From a virus, in IMG/VR virus record IMGVR_UViG_3300037104_000592, positions 18,377 through 82,376 of that record: a DNA stretch of 64,000 nucleotides, one strand, 5' to 3'. Under the pieces are notes generated by a model, which did no database searches, was not told the DNA's origin, and worked only from the letters and a program-made list of their open reading frames with translations. The position numbers and the translations under genes are program-made. Numbering within the stretch: the first letter of the stretch is position 1; every line of letters starts with the position of its first letter. Of this stretch, positions 9,850-20,298 are shown one piece after another.

Positions 9850-11102
9850 AAAATATATTATTTATTGAATTTTATTATATATTACCCAATAATAGTATAA
9901 TGGTATTAAATAATGGTTTTTCTCCTTGTTATAATTTATGTAATAATATAATTTCTATAGAAATAAGATTAGATGATCTTGATTACACATTAAACTTATT
10001 ACGAAAAGCTCTCACTTTAGAAAAGTTTGATATGGTATATGTATCATCTTTTTATTTATGGCATACTATTTTTGTCTATAAAATAGCATCAGAATTTCCA
10101 AATATAAATTTTATAGTGGGTGGACCAGATGCAAGTTCTTCTAAAGTAAATACAAAATTATTATTTGAACAAGATAATTTTAAATTAACATCTGAACCAT
10201 TAAGATCTATATTTCCTGAGATATATCATGAAAGAAAATGGGGCCTTAATTTTCCAAAATTAGAAAGTAATATTAAAAATATTGAATTTTCAATGTGTAA
10301 TTCTAGAAGAACCTGTAGTTGGGGGAAGTGTAAATTTTGTACATCAAATAGTAAATTTCCAAGAATAAATTCTGGAGATGACCCCATAATAAATTTTATT
10401 GAAAATATTCCTACAGAACTAAGAGAAACTAAACAATTGCTTATTCATACTCAATTTCCTGATATTACTTTTAAGGAACTAAGAGAATTAACACCCATTT
10501 TTAATTATGATATAAGAATTAATTATTGTTCAGCACTTAGAGCAGTAAAAATTGATAGACTAAAAAAATTTAAGGATGTTTTAGTTGAAATATTAAATCC
10601 TAATAGAATTTCATTTCAAATAGGGATAGAATTTTTATCAAATAGAATGTTAGAGTATATGAATAAAGGATTAACTGTTGATGATTATGTAGGAACTATT
10701 ACTTTATTACAAGAATTAAATTTTTCTATAAATTTAAATATTATTCTTGGATGGAATAATTTAACTTTTAATGATGTTAAAGAATTTAATAATGCATTGG
10801 AAAAATTTGATAGTTCTAAAGTTCGTATAGTTTTAGGTAGATTTTATGCTACTAATGAAACTAAACCTTATTTTGAAAAAGATATAATTGAGTGTGAAGA
10901 AGAAGATAGAGGAAAACTTATTTTTAATCGGTATTATTTTAAATTGTCAGATAAAAAACAAATAAGTTTTAATAATTTAATTGAAAAAATATGTAAAAAT
11001 AAGTTTGAAGTATTAAATTATAATAATAATATATTATTGTCAAAAGCTGTTTTATGTATTGATAAACTATATAAAGATGCTAATTTAACTTTTAAAACTT
11101 AA
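9846..11102 (+). CDS. B12-binding-like radical SAM protein (divergent)
   Basis: FIVGGP end of cobalamin-binding domain; CSWGKCKFC cluster motif; GIE..S.RML.YMNKG. Confidence 0.7.
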   Translation: MKNILFIEFYYILPNNSIMVLNNGFSPCYNLCNNIISIEIRLDDLDYTLNLLRKALTLEKFDMVYVSSFYLWHTIFVYKIASEFPNINFIVGGPDASSSKVNTKLLFEQDNFKLTSEPLRSIFPEIYHERKWGLNFPKLESNIKNIEFSMCNSRRTCSWGKCKFCTSNSKFPRINSGDDPIINFIENIPTELRETKQLLIHTQFPDITFKELRELTPIFNYDIRINYCSALRAVKIDRLKKFKDVLVEILNPNRISFQIGIEFLSNRMLEYMNKGLTVDDYVGTITLLQELNFSINLNIILGWNNLTFNDVKEFNNALEKFDSSKVRIVLGRFYATNETKPYFEKDIIECEEEDRGKLIFNRYYFKLSDKKQISFNNLIEKICKNKFEVLNYNNNILLSKAVLCIDKLYKDANLTFKT

Positions 11103-11113
11103 AGGATACCAAA

Positions 11114-11602
11114 ATGAAAAAAAGTGAAAATAGAAAAATTTTTGAAAACTTTAAAAAAGAACTTGATAAAATAGAAGAAAGATTTAGCGAGTTATCAGCA
11201 TCTAGAATGAACTTAGAAGACGCAATTAAAAATTTTGCATTAAAAATACTTAAGGAAGAAAAAGTTTTAACTAATTATCATTATGGAATAAATTTTAGAA
11301 ATAAAAAATATTCATTATTTGTTGATGAAGATATACGACCAGATTTCAAAAAATTAAAAGAATTATCACTATCAAGTTGGCCGAGTTTTTATATACCCGA
11401 AGATATAACAGTAAGTCTCGATGTAGATGATAATGAGTTATACATTTATGGATTTAAATCATTTCAAAGTTTAATAGATTTTGTAAATGAATATGAGTTA
11501 AAGGTTGATTTTTCAAAAATGTATGATGAGTCAAAAAATTTAAAAAATGAATTAAGAAGTATAACCAGATTGATTAAAAAATTAAGTCGGGGTAAAAATT
11601 AA
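11114..11602 (+). CDS. hypothetical protein
   Basis: ORF with RBS in gene-dense array. Confidence 0.6.
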   Translation: MKKSENRKIFENFKKELDKIEERFSELSASRMNLEDAIKNFALKILKEEKVLTNYHYGINFRNKKYSLFVDEDIRPDFKKLKELSLSSWPSFYIPEDITVSLDVDDNELYIYGFKSFQSLIDFVNEYELKVDFSKMYDESKNLKNELRSITRLIKKLSRGKN

Positions 11603-11604
11603 AT

Positions 11605-11862
11605 ATGAAAATTACATCAAAATTTCATTGCTCAACTTGTAAAACTGAAGTTGAGCTTAAAAGAGAATGTAAAATAGGACCAATGTTATTTGAGAGGCAT
11701 ACAAACCGTTGTAGTTGCTCATATTGTATGGGTCTAAAAAAGAAAATTGGATTATGGTTACCAGAAGATAAATCTTGGAATAGTTGGAGAGTTATATATT
11801 TTAAATTATTTGGATATAATTTTTATTTAAGATGGACCCTACCAAAACCTAAAGGATTGTAA
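11605..11862 (+). CDS. hypothetical Cys-rich protein
   Basis: CxxC...CxCxxC. Confidence 0.55.
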   Translation: MKITSKFHCSTCKTEVELKRECKIGPMLFERHTNRCSCSYCMGLKKKIGLWLPEDKSWNSWRVIYFKLFGYNFYLRWTLPKPKGL

Positions 11863-11863
11863 T

Positions 11864-12061
11864 ATGGGATATAATGGTGAAGATAAATGGGAAATGTATG
11901 GAAAAGAATTTAGCACTTCAGTTAGAACATTATCTGAATTAAAAAGTTTACTTATTAAACACCTTGAAAGTTTTGATGTAAATAAAGCAACTTCTAGTAT
12001 TAAATCCGAAGATTATAAAATAACTAATATTAGATTTTCTATAAAAAGGATATCAAAATGA
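11864..12061 (+). CDS. hypothetical protein
   Basis: tightly packed ORF. Confidence 0.55.
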   Translation: MGYNGEDKWEMYGKEFSTSVRTLSELKSLLIKHLESFDVNKATSSIKSEDYKITNIRFSIKRISK

Positions 12062-12543
12062 AAAGATGGGGAGTTGGGGTAAACAATTATTATTTTACAG
12101 GTTCAATAATTTTAGAAGAAGCACCTTGGTATATTTTTCTAATTGAATATTCTATTCATTTTATTTGTCATTGGATTCCGAGAATTCCTCTTTCTAAACA
12201 TATTAAAATTATACGAGAAGGGGAAGAATATACTTTAAGAGATTATTATGGAACAACTGGAGATCTTTTTCATATTTATATTTGTAGTCCAATTTTTGAA
12301 TGGTGTTGGAATAGAATTAAATGGCAGACTATTTCGTTTCCGTATACTATGTTAAAAGAACAATTTCCTGATAGATTTGAAGATGAAAATGAATATTTAG
12401 ATAAAGATAGTGATGAAGAAGAAAAAAAGAATGTAAAAGATAATCTTGAATATTCAACAAAAATAGGTGATGAATTTAAAATTGTATATGATAAACTAAG
12501 TAATATATCAACTGTAAGAATGAAAAAGTTACATTATATATAA
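12058..12543 (+). CDS. hypothetical protein
   Basis: ATGA overlap. Confidence 0.6.
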   Translation: MKRWGVGVNNYYFTGSIILEEAPWYIFLIEYSIHFICHWIPRIPLSKHIKIIREGEEYTLRDYYGTTGDLFHIYICSPIFEWCWNRIKWQTISFPYTMLKEQFPDRFEDENEYLDKDSDEEEKKNVKDNLEYSTKIGDEFKIVYDKLSNISTVRMKKLHYI

Positions 12544-12555
12544 GGAGATAAATAA

Positions 12556-13281
12556 ATGCACTTCACAGTTTTAGTTATTGGGGATGATTTTGAATCTCAG
12601 CTAGAACCTTTTTGGGAATTGGATCTACCAAAAGAAACAATAAAAGATGATTATAGAGCTGAATTTCATTCTGATGTAGTAAAAGAAATATTAGAAGAAG
12701 ATTTTATAAAATATAAGCAAGAACTAAAAAGAGATTGGGTTGATAAAGTAGTTCCTTTAGAAGATGATTATAATACTTTAGATGAATATGCATTAATTCA
12801 ACATGGATATTATTTTGATGAAAAAACAAATTCTTATGGGTATTATTTAAATCCTAATTCTAGATGGGATTGGTTTACTGTTGGTGGAAGATGGACTGGT
12901 TATTTCAAACTAAAGGAAGGACGAACTGGAGATATAGGACAACCAGGAACTGGAAACAATAAACCAATAGAAGGATATGTTGATATAGTTAGAAAAGGCG
13001 ATATAGATTTTGAAGGAATGACTAAAGATAGTATAGAAACTGCTAAAAGAAGTTGGGAAGAAGCTAAATCTGAAAAAGATAAAGCAATGAAGAACTTTAG
13101 TTATGGTATTGAAGAAAATGACACAGAAGAAACATATATAAAAAGAATGTCTAATTTTAAACCCAATTCTATTTTGTATAACGGAGAGTGGATTGAAGAT
13201 ATGCTAGATAGAGAATTTAAAGAATTAATAGAAAGAATTCCTAATAATACAATATTGACTATTGTAGATTGTCATATATGA
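12556..13281 (+). CDS. conserved phage hypothetical protein
   Basis: MHFTVLV...NPNSRWDWF.VGGRW...IVDCH pattern recognisable from phage proteins. Confidence 0.7.
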   Translation: MHFTVLVIGDDFESQLEPFWELDLPKETIKDDYRAEFHSDVVKEILEEDFIKYKQELKRDWVDKVVPLEDDYNTLDEYALIQHGYYFDEKTNSYGYYLNPNSRWDWFTVGGRWTGYFKLKEGRTGDIGQPGTGNNKPIEGYVDIVRKGDIDFEGMTKDSIETAKRSWEEAKSEKDKAMKNFSYGIEENDTEETYIKRMSNFKPNSILYNGEWIEDMLDREFKELIERIPNNTILTIVDCHI

Positions 13282-13293
13282 AAAGGTGCTTAA

Positions 13294-13500
13294 ATGGATA
13301 AAGAAAAAGAGTTTCATAGTCAACCAATTTATAAATGTATTTTACCAAATGAAGTTTGTAAATATTCATGTAGTCTTACAAGAATTGTAGTTTGTTCAAA
13401 GAAAGAATCTCCATGTTGGATTGGGACAAAAGAACATAAAGAATGGGAAAAATTTGTTTTAGGTCCAGATTCACCTGCTAGAGGATATGAATTTTATTAA
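13294..13500 (+). CDS. hypothetical Cys-rich protein
   Basis: 68-aa ORF. Confidence 0.5.
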   Translation: MDKEKEFHSQPIYKCILPNEVCKYSCSLTRIVVCSKKESPCWIGTKEHKEWEKFVLGPDSPARGYEFY

Positions 13501-13508
13501 GGAGGACA

Positions 13509-15305
13509 ATGTCTAAAACTTATACATCTAAAGATATAAAAGTAATGGATGAAATTGAGCATATAAGACTTAACAGTGGTATGTATATTGGAGAAACCAC
13601 TAATCCAGTTCATTTGATAGAAGAATGTTTGGATAATGCTTTGGATGAAGCAATTGCTGAATATGCTAAAATAATTGCAATTAATATAAACACCAAAAAT
13701 AATACTTTTTGTGTGATTGATGATGGGAGAGGAATGCCCTTTGATAATGATATAGCAATAACTATTGCAACCAAAATGTTTTCTGGTGGAAAATTCAAAG
13801 GATCTAAAACTGCATATGAAGTATCAGCAGGAAAGCATGGAATTGGATTAGTTGCTGTAAATGCATTAAGTGAAAATTTCACAATTGAAATATATAGAGA
13901 TAATAAACATGCTAAATATATATTTCAAAATGCTATCTTAAAAGAAAAAATAATAGAAAACTTTAAAGATAAAAAACCATTTAGCACTAAAATTCAATTT
14001 AATCCATCTAAAAAATATTTTGAAAGTTTAATTCCTAATATTGATAAGTTAAGAAAAAGATTATTAATATCTTCAGCTGAAATTCCAAATTGCACTTTTA
14101 TTTTGAATATGGATAAGAAAAGAGAAATTATTAAACTATCAAAAGGTGAGTTTTTTAAATCTTATTGTATGACAGATGTGGATAAAGAAACATCTCCTGT
14201 TATAAATATAGTTTCAACTGACGATAAAGAAAAATTTGATATTACATTTGGTTATTCGTTTGATGGTCCAATAACTCCAAAAGTAATATCATCTGTTAAT
14301 TTACTTCCTGTTGAATCTGGTGGAACTCATATAAATTTATTCTTTGATATGGTTAAAGATATATTTACAACTAAAGGGAAAAAATTAAATTTGAAATTTA
14401 CACCTCAAGATTGCTTATGTGGTTTAAGGGTTTATTTTTCACTTTATTTGAAAGAACCGGAGTTATCAGGTCAAGTAAAGGATAAGCTAATAAATAGAAA
14501 AGAATATTTTGATAAATTAGTTGTAAAATTAAGAAATCAATTAGATTCATATTTTAATAATAATTCCGAAGTTTTAGAGTCAATGTTAAATTTCTTTGTT
14601 GAGATTAGAAGGAAAGTTGACTCTAAAAAAGTAAAGAGTGAAACTCATGGAAGAAGATCTTCAACTAAATTTACAAAACTAAGAGATTGTTCAGGAATTC
14701 ATGGAGAGTTGTATGTGGTTGAAGGAGATTCAGCTGGTGGTGGGTTTATAGATTGTAGAGATGCTAAAAGACATGCTATAATGCCATTAAAGGGAAAAAT
14801 TCCATCTATTGCGAATAAAGAAGATATTTTGAAAAATAATGAAATAAAAGAATTTATTCAAGCGTTGGGTTGTGGTGTCGGTCCAGCTTTTGATATTTCA
14901 AAATTAAGATATAATAAAGTAATATGTGGAGTAGATCCTGATGCAGATGGGGGTCACATATTTTGTTTATTAACAATTGCTTTAGCAGCTCTAGCACCTG
15001 ATGTTATAAAAAAAGGCCATTATTATTTAGTTCAAGTTCCTCATTATGCATTAATTCATGGAAAAGAATTTACTCCATTATGGACAGCAGAAGAGGTAAC
15101 TAAATCTAAAAGTCATAAAGGACAAGTAATACTTGTGAAAGGCTTAGGGCAGCTCAACCCAGATCAATTAAAAGTATGTTGTCTTGATGAAAAAACAAGA
15201 AGATTAATTAAAGTTGTATATACATCAGATTTAAAGGAAATAATGGAACTTTTTACGAATGTAAATAAAAAAAGAGAACTTTTGAATGGAGAATTAAATG
15301 GATAA
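13509..15305 (+). CDS. type II DNA topoisomerase subunit B (GyrB/ParE-like)
   Basis: EHIR..GMYIG, ECLDNALDE, DDGRGMP, GKHGIG..VNALS (GHKL); EGDSA, PLKGK, DPDADG.HI (TOPRIM); KGLG. Confidence 0.95.
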   Translation: MSKTYTSKDIKVMDEIEHIRLNSGMYIGETTNPVHLIEECLDNALDEAIAEYAKIIAININTKNNTFCVIDDGRGMPFDNDIAITIATKMFSGGKFKGSKTAYEVSAGKHGIGLVAVNALSENFTIEIYRDNKHAKYIFQNAILKEKIIENFKDKKPFSTKIQFNPSKKYFESLIPNIDKLRKRLLISSAEIPNCTFILNMDKKREIIKLSKGEFFKSYCMTDVDKETSPVINIVSTDDKEKFDITFGYSFDGPITPKVISSVNLLPVESGGTHINLFFDMVKDIFTTKGKKLNLKFTPQDCLCGLRVYFSLYLKEPELSGQVKDKLINRKEYFDKLVVKLRNQLDSYFNNNSEVLESMLNFFVEIRRKVDSKKVKSETHGRRSSTKFTKLRDCSGIHGELYVVEGDSAGGGFIDCRDAKRHAIMPLKGKIPSIANKEDILKNNEIKEFIQALGCGVGPAFDISKLRYNKVICGVDPDADGGHIFCLLTIALAALAPDVIKKGHYYLVQVPHYALIHGKEFTPLWTAEEVTKSKSHKGQVILVKGLGQLNPDQLKVCCLDEKTRRLIKVVYTSDLKEIMELFTNVNKKRELLNGELNG

Positions 15306-17820
15306 TTTAATCCCAAAACTTTATAGGGAATATGGATTATATGTAAATGAGTCTAGAGCATTTCCATTATCACAAGATGGATTAAAACCTGTTGAAAGAA
15401 GAATATTATTATCAGCATATCAAGTTGCAAAAGATAAATTTGTAAAATCTGTAAGAGTTGATGCACATTGTTTGGTTGGAAAAACAAAAATTAAAATAAC
15501 AAATGGAATAAAAACAATTGAAGAATTATATAAAGAAAATTATAGAAATTTCTATATTTTTGGATATGATTTAAAATTAAATAAACCCATTATTACCAAA
15601 GCAGATTGTGTTAGTCTGACAAAATTTGTTAATAAAATAATAAGAATTACAACGGAGAGTGGTATAATTGAGTGCACAGAAGATCATTTATGGTTAACAA
15701 AAGAAGGAGAATATAAAGAAACTAAAGAATTGATAATAGATGATTCTTTGGAAGTTATGGAATTTGGAATTCCAGATAAAAACAATATATTTAAAAATAA
15801 TTGGGTTGGCTGTTATCCATATGAAGTTGTTGAAAACAATGGAAATTTTTATAAAAGTCATTTTTTAGCAGATGAATATAATTGTAAAAATAATTTAGAA
15901 ATATTATTTGAATTAATTGATGGTTTTGATAGACATCATAAAGATAAAAATATATTAAATAATGACCCAGATAATATAACAAGAATGATTGTAGGAGATC
16001 ATTTAAAATTACATTATAATTTTTGGTTTAATTATAAAAATGGAAAAATATTTTTATCTGAAAACGGAAAAAGAATTCAAAGAGAACATCCAGAAATAGC
16101 TAAAGCTCTTGTAGAATTTACTAAACAAAAAAGTATAGATGATCCCACATGGCTGAGCAATAATGGAAAAAAATGTTGGAATAATCTTAACGAAGAAGAT
16201 CGTAAAAAACTTTCAAGAAAAATAGGAGATGGAATAAGAAAGTTTTATAGAGAAAATGGATCAGAAGAAAAAAGTAAAAAAACAATTGAGTACTGGAAAC
16301 AAGATTCAGAGTTAGTTAAAATTCATAGAGAAAAAAACAGATCAGCTGGGGTAATAACATCAAAAAAGAATTTTGAAAATAACCATAAAATTAAAATATT
16401 AAAAACTCTAAAAAAAATTATTGATAAAAATTTAGATCTGAATGAAGAAACATATAACTCTAATAGAGAAAAACTTTATCCACTGTATAATAAAATTTTG
16501 AAATATTTTAATTCATATGAAGAAGCAAATGAAGAAGCAAAAAAATATACAAATCATACTATACTAAATATAGAAGAAATTAATTTAGAAACTCCAATTC
16601 CAGTGTATGACATAATAAACTCAGAAAATTACCACAATTTTGTTGTTATGTTTGATGATAATACTGGAGTAATTTCCCATAATTGCTTGGGGCATTTTCA
16701 TCCTCATTCTACCGTATATCAATCAATTGTTCAATTAGTTCATCAAGGATTTTTAGATGGTCAAGGAAATTTTGGAAACAATATTGGACTAGAACCGAGT
16801 CCAGCGGCTGCTATGCGGTATACTGAATGTAAACTTTCTAAATTTATTAATAATATAGCTTTTAGATTAATTGATTATGTTCCTTGGGGTGAGTCAGAGT
16901 TAGATGATGAACCAGAATATATTCCATCAATGTTTCCTTTGTGTCTTTTAGGAAAAGAATATACGGTTGGAATTGGATTTGGATATAAAACTTTAATTCC
17001 TTGTTATACTCCTGAAGATCTTAAAAGTAGATTGTTTTATTTATTAGGAAAAACAAAAGAAAAACCTATAATTAAACCAATCACAGATTGTAAGATTTTA
17101 TCAACTGATAAGGATTTTGAAGAATTATTAACAACTGGAAAAGCTGTTATTTCATTTCAAGGAATTCATAAAATTGATAATGTTAAAAGTAAAGCTGTAA
17201 TAAAAAATTGGCCACCTGGAAAACGATTTGAATCTATTTTATCAAAGTTTGATAAAGAATTAACAAATCAAGATATTGGATTTATTGATGAATCATCAAA
17301 AGACAATGGTGGAACTCATATAGTTTTTGAAGTTTTAAAATCTAGAAATAAGAATGATATTTTTAGAACATTTTCTAAAAAGTTAGGGGATGTTTTAAAA
17401 GGTTCTATTTCTTTTGAAATGATTGTAGTTGATTCTGAATCAAGAACTCCAAAATTGATGTCCGTTGATGAGATGTTGCTTAAAACTTATAATATGTATA
17501 AAGCAACAAATGAGATAATGTTAAAGTCTGAAGAAAAAAGATTTAAAGATTTAATAAATGAAAATAAATTGATTCAAAAGATAAAACCATCTTTGTCTAA
17601 ACAATTACAATCAAAAGAAACTGATGTTGATAAAATAATTGATGCAATAAGTGCAGATACATTTATTGATAGAAATGTGGTTAAAGATATTATTCAAAAA
17701 CATAGAATTTCTAAGTTGTTATCTGTTAAAAATGATTTGAAAGAACTAGAAATAAGAATAGTAGATATAGTTGATTGTATAAAGAATATAGATAAGTTTG
17801 TTTTGAAACAATATACTTAA
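15298..17820 (+). CDS. type II DNA topoisomerase subunit A (GyrA/ParC/gp52-like) containing an intein
   Basis: RAFP..DGLKPVERR, HPHS, GQGNFG, catalytic AAMRYTE; spliced product about 435 aa with no beta-pinwheel CTD. Confidence 0.93.
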   Translation: MDNLIPKLYREYGLYVNESRAFPLSQDGLKPVERRILLSAYQVAKDKFVKSVRVDAHCLVGKTKIKITNGIKTIEELYKENYRNFYIFGYDLKLNKPIITKADCVSLTKFVNKIIRITTESGIIECTEDHLWLTKEGEYKETKELIIDDSLEVMEFGIPDKNNIFKNNWVGCYPYEVVENNGNFYKSHFLADEYNCKNNLEILFELIDGFDRHHKDKNILNNDPDNITRMIVGDHLKLHYNFWFNYKNGKIFLSENGKRIQREHPEIAKALVEFTKQKSIDDPTWLSNNGKKCWNNLNEEDRKKLSRKIGDGIRKFYRENGSEEKSKKTIEYWKQDSELVKIHREKNRSAGVITSKKNFENNHKIKILKTLKKIIDKNLDLNEETYNSNREKLYPLYNKILKYFNSYEEANEEAKKYTNHTILNIEEINLETPIPVYDIINSENYHNFVVMFDDNTGVISHNCLGHFHPHSTVYQSIVQLVHQGFLDGQGNFGNNIGLEPSPAAAMRYTECKLSKFINNIAFRLIDYVPWGESELDDEPEYIPSMFPLCLLGKEYTVGIGFGYKTLIPCYTPEDLKSRLFYLLGKTKEKPIIKPITDCKILSTDKDFEELLTTGKAVISFQGIHKIDNVKSKAVIKNWPPGKRFESILSKFDKELTNQDIGFIDESSKDNGGTHIVFEVLKSRNKNDIFRTFSKKLGDVLKGSISFEMIVVDSESRTPKLMSVDEMLLKTYNMYKATNEIMLKSEEKRFKDLINENKLIQKIKPSLSKQLQSKETDVDKIIDAISADTFIDRNVVKDIIQKHRISKLLSVKNDLKELEIRIVDIVDCIKNIDKFVLKQYT
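15469..16683 (+). mobile_element. intein (405 aa) with HNH homing endonuclease
   Basis: Starts CLVGKTKI, block B CTEDHLW, block F VYDI...HNF, ends ISHN followed by extein Cys; internal DRHHKDKNILNNDPDN...H..LH. Confidence 0.93.
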
Positions 17821-17832
17821 AAGGATTATGTT

Positions 17833-18159
17833 ATGGAAAAGATGAAATTTTACGAATATGAGTGCAAGGATTGTAAAAATGGAAGTTTATTTGTAAACAT
17901 TCTTTTAAACTATCCTTGTCCTAATTGTTTTGATGGAAAAAGAACATGGTTAGATGATATAATTCCTCCATCAAAAAAGAAATATGAGTCATTAAAAAAA
18001 CATTCTATAAATAAAAACATACAGGAGTTAGAGTCACGATTAAAACTAGAATGTTCAAAAATTGGAATAGAAACTACATTTGAAGCAATATTTACAAAAG
18101 ATAATCATAAAACTGTATGTATAAAAGAAATTTACCCAGATATTGAGGACTTGGATTAA
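17833..18159 (+). CDS. CxxC..CxxC.G..W.D.I zinc-finger family protein
   Basis: CKDCKNG...CPNCFDGKRTWLDDII. Confidence 0.65.
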   Translation: MEKMKFYEYECKDCKNGSLFVNILLNYPCPNCFDGKRTWLDDIIPPSKKKYESLKKHSINKNIQELESRLKLECSKIGIETTFEAIFTKDNHKTVCIKEIYPDIEDLD

Positions 18160-18162
18160 ATT

Positions 18163-18513
18163 ATGAATGAAGAATTTGATGAATGTAATCAATGTAAAAA
18201 TGGAGTTATATATAATAATATAAAATTGTCATATCCTTGTCATAATTGTTTTGATGGAAAAAAATCTTGGTTGGATAGTATAATTAAACCACCAAGAGAA
18301 AAATATCACCGGTTATATCTTAAATATTTCTGGGATAATTTTTATATTTTAAGAAGTGCTATATATAGTGAATGTTCTAAAGTTGGATGTTTTGCAAAAG
18401 TTGAAATTGAACCTAGCAGATATGATAGAGATTTGAAATTTGTAGTTGATAAATCTGTTGCTATAGAATCTGCTACAAATTATATACTAAATAAGGATAA
18501 GGTGAGATTTTGA
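18163..18513 (+). CDS. zinc-finger family paralog of preceding gene
   Basis: CNQCKNG...CHNCFDGKKSWLDSII. Confidence 0.65.
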   Translation: MNEEFDECNQCKNGVIYNNIKLSYPCHNCFDGKKSWLDSIIKPPREKYHRLYLKYFWDNFYILRSAIYSECSKVGCFAKVEIEPSRYDRDLKFVVDKSVAIESATNYILNKDKVRF

Positions 18514-18514
18514 A

Positions 18515-18772
18515 ATGCCATATATAAAACCAGAACTAAGAAGAAAGTTTGATACATGTTTAACTGAACTTCAATCTAAGATTCTTGAAAAAGGTGAATT
18601 AACATATTGTTTATATAAATTATGTTCATTAGTTTTAAAAACTAAACAATATAATTATGAAAGTTTATCGTCTATTATGTCTTGTTTAGAGGACTCAAAA
18701 TTAGAGTGGTATAGGAAAAAAATGGCACCATATGAAAATATGAAGATTGATGAAAATGGAGATATATATTAA
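18515..18772 (+). CDS. conserved phage protein (MPYIK...GEL.Y...YE..KI.ENGD family)
   Basis: motif pattern. Confidence 0.65.
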   Translation: MPYIKPELRRKFDTCLTELQSKILEKGELTYCLYKLCSLVLKTKQYNYESLSSIMSCLEDSKLEWYRKKMAPYENMKIDENGDIY

Positions 18773-19167
18773 TGAATAAAAAATTTACTGGAATTGGAGT
18801 AGATGCTGGAATGATTATGATTTGTGATGAATCATATTATGAGCAATATAATTATACAAAAGATCCTTTATTAAGTCAAAAGTTTAAACTTAAAAATGGT
18901 AATTATAATTGTGATTGGAAGATACCAAAGTCTTGGAATGGAAAAGTTGAAGGAAGAGGAATTTTAACTGTAAATTCAGAAAAAGTAATTATTTCTGACC
19001 CATGTTATTGTATTGGTGGAAAAAGTGATGGGTTTCAAACTGATGGTTGGGATAGATGGTTATCTGATACAGATTACGGAAATAATATTCCAATGGGTTG
19101 TTTAATTCTTGATAAGATGGGTGGAGATGGTTGTTATACTGTTCATTTAAAGTTAAAGGAGATATAA
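18772..19167 (+). CDS. conserved hypothetical protein
   Basis: GVDAG..ICD / ISDPCY / GGDG.Y.V motifs. Confidence 0.6.
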   Translation: MNKKFTGIGVDAGMIMICDESYYEQYNYTKDPLLSQKFKLKNGNYNCDWKIPKSWNGKVEGRGILTVNSEKVIISDPCYCIGGKSDGFQTDGWDRWLSDTDYGNNIPMGCLILDKMGGDGCYTVHLKLKEI

Positions 19168-19856
19168 TGTCTTTAAAAATATCAAAAGGAAATATGTATC
19201 CTTGGGTTACACACATGCATGCTCATCTGGGTGGAGAATGTAGTCATAAATGTTCTTATTGTTATGTTGATAATCCGATTGGTGGAAGATTGGGTAAATT
19301 TCAAGGACCAATAAGATTATTAAAACCAGAATTTGATGTAAAATATGGGTCAGAAAAAGCAATTTTTATTGAGCATTGTAATGATCTTTTTGCATCAGAT
19401 ATTCCTGATAATTTCATTGATAAAATAATAAAACATACAACACATTATCCAAAAAACTTTTATGTTTTTCAAACAAAAAACCCTATAAGATACAAAGATT
19501 TTTTGGATAAATTTCCGCCGAAGTGTATAGTTGGCTGCACAATTGAAACAAATAGAGATATGAATAAAATATCTAAAGCTCCGAATCCATTTAATAGATA
19601 TTTGGAAATGAAAGAATTAAGTGGAAAAATTCAAACATTTATAACTTGTGAACCAATTTTAGATTTTGATATAGAAGTTTTAGCAAACTGGATTGTAAAT
19701 ATTAAACCAGTTTTTGTAAATATTGGCGCCGATTCAAAAAATCATAATCTTGAAGAACCATCAATTGAAAAGGTTATGGAATTAGGAAAAATGATTTCAG
19801 ATGCTGGAATTGAAGTAAAGGAAAAAAGAAATCTCGATAGATTGAGAGGTAAATAA
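19167..19856 (+). CDS. radical SAM protein (DUF5131 / Gp37-Gp68-like)
   Basis: CSHKCSYCY, DLF, QTKNP, EPIL, IGA; ATG at 19167 (TAATG overlap). Confidence 0.75.
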   Translation: MSLKISKGNMYPWVTHMHAHLGGECSHKCSYCYVDNPIGGRLGKFQGPIRLLKPEFDVKYGSEKAIFIEHCNDLFASDIPDNFIDKIIKHTTHYPKNFYVFQTKNPIRYKDFLDKFPPKCIVGCTIETNRDMNKISKAPNPFNRYLEMKELSGKIQTFITCEPILDFDIEVLANWIVNIKPVFVNIGADSKNHNLEEPSIEKVMELGKMISDAGIEVKEKRNLDRLRGK

Positions 19857-20284
19857 TGTTTACGGTAACTAAAAGCTTTAAAATTCCTATTGGACATCGT
19901 CTTAGTTTGCATAAAGGACTTTGCAATTCAATTCATGGGCATAATTTAAAAATTGATATTGAAATTGTAAGACAAGAATTAAATGAAAATTTTATGGTTA
20001 TAGATTTTTATGATCTTAAGAAAATATCTAATGAAATTATAGATAAATGGGATCATGCTTTATTATTAAATGATACAGATAGGCGTTTTATTGATAATTC
20101 AAAGAAGTTAATTAATCCTGAAAAAGTTTTCTGTCTTTATTTGGGAGATCCAACTTCTGAGAATATGTGTTTTGTATTATATAATTTATTATTTCAAAAA
20201 TTTAAAGAATTTGATCCTTGGTTGAGATTAAAATCAGTAACTATATGGGAATCAGATGAATCAAAAGCAAAGTATGAAGGATAA
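19856..20284 (+). CDS. queD: 6-carboxytetrahydropterin synthase
   Basis: GHRL..HKGLC..IHGHN, DF..LK, WDHA.LLN, PTSEN, WES. Confidence 0.9.
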   Translation: MFTVTKSFKIPIGHRLSLHKGLCNSIHGHNLKIDIEIVRQELNENFMVIDFYDLKKISNEIIDKWDHALLLNDTDRRFIDNSKKLINPEKVFCLYLGDPTSENMCFVLYNLLFQKFKEFDPWLRLKSVTIWESDESKAKYEG

Positions 20285-20298
20285 AAAAAGGATAAATA

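Noticed and set aside
13509-17820. True DNA gyrase
   Set aside because: Subunit A lacks the C-terminal beta-pinwheel and GyrA box, so gyrA/gyrB symbols are not assigned.
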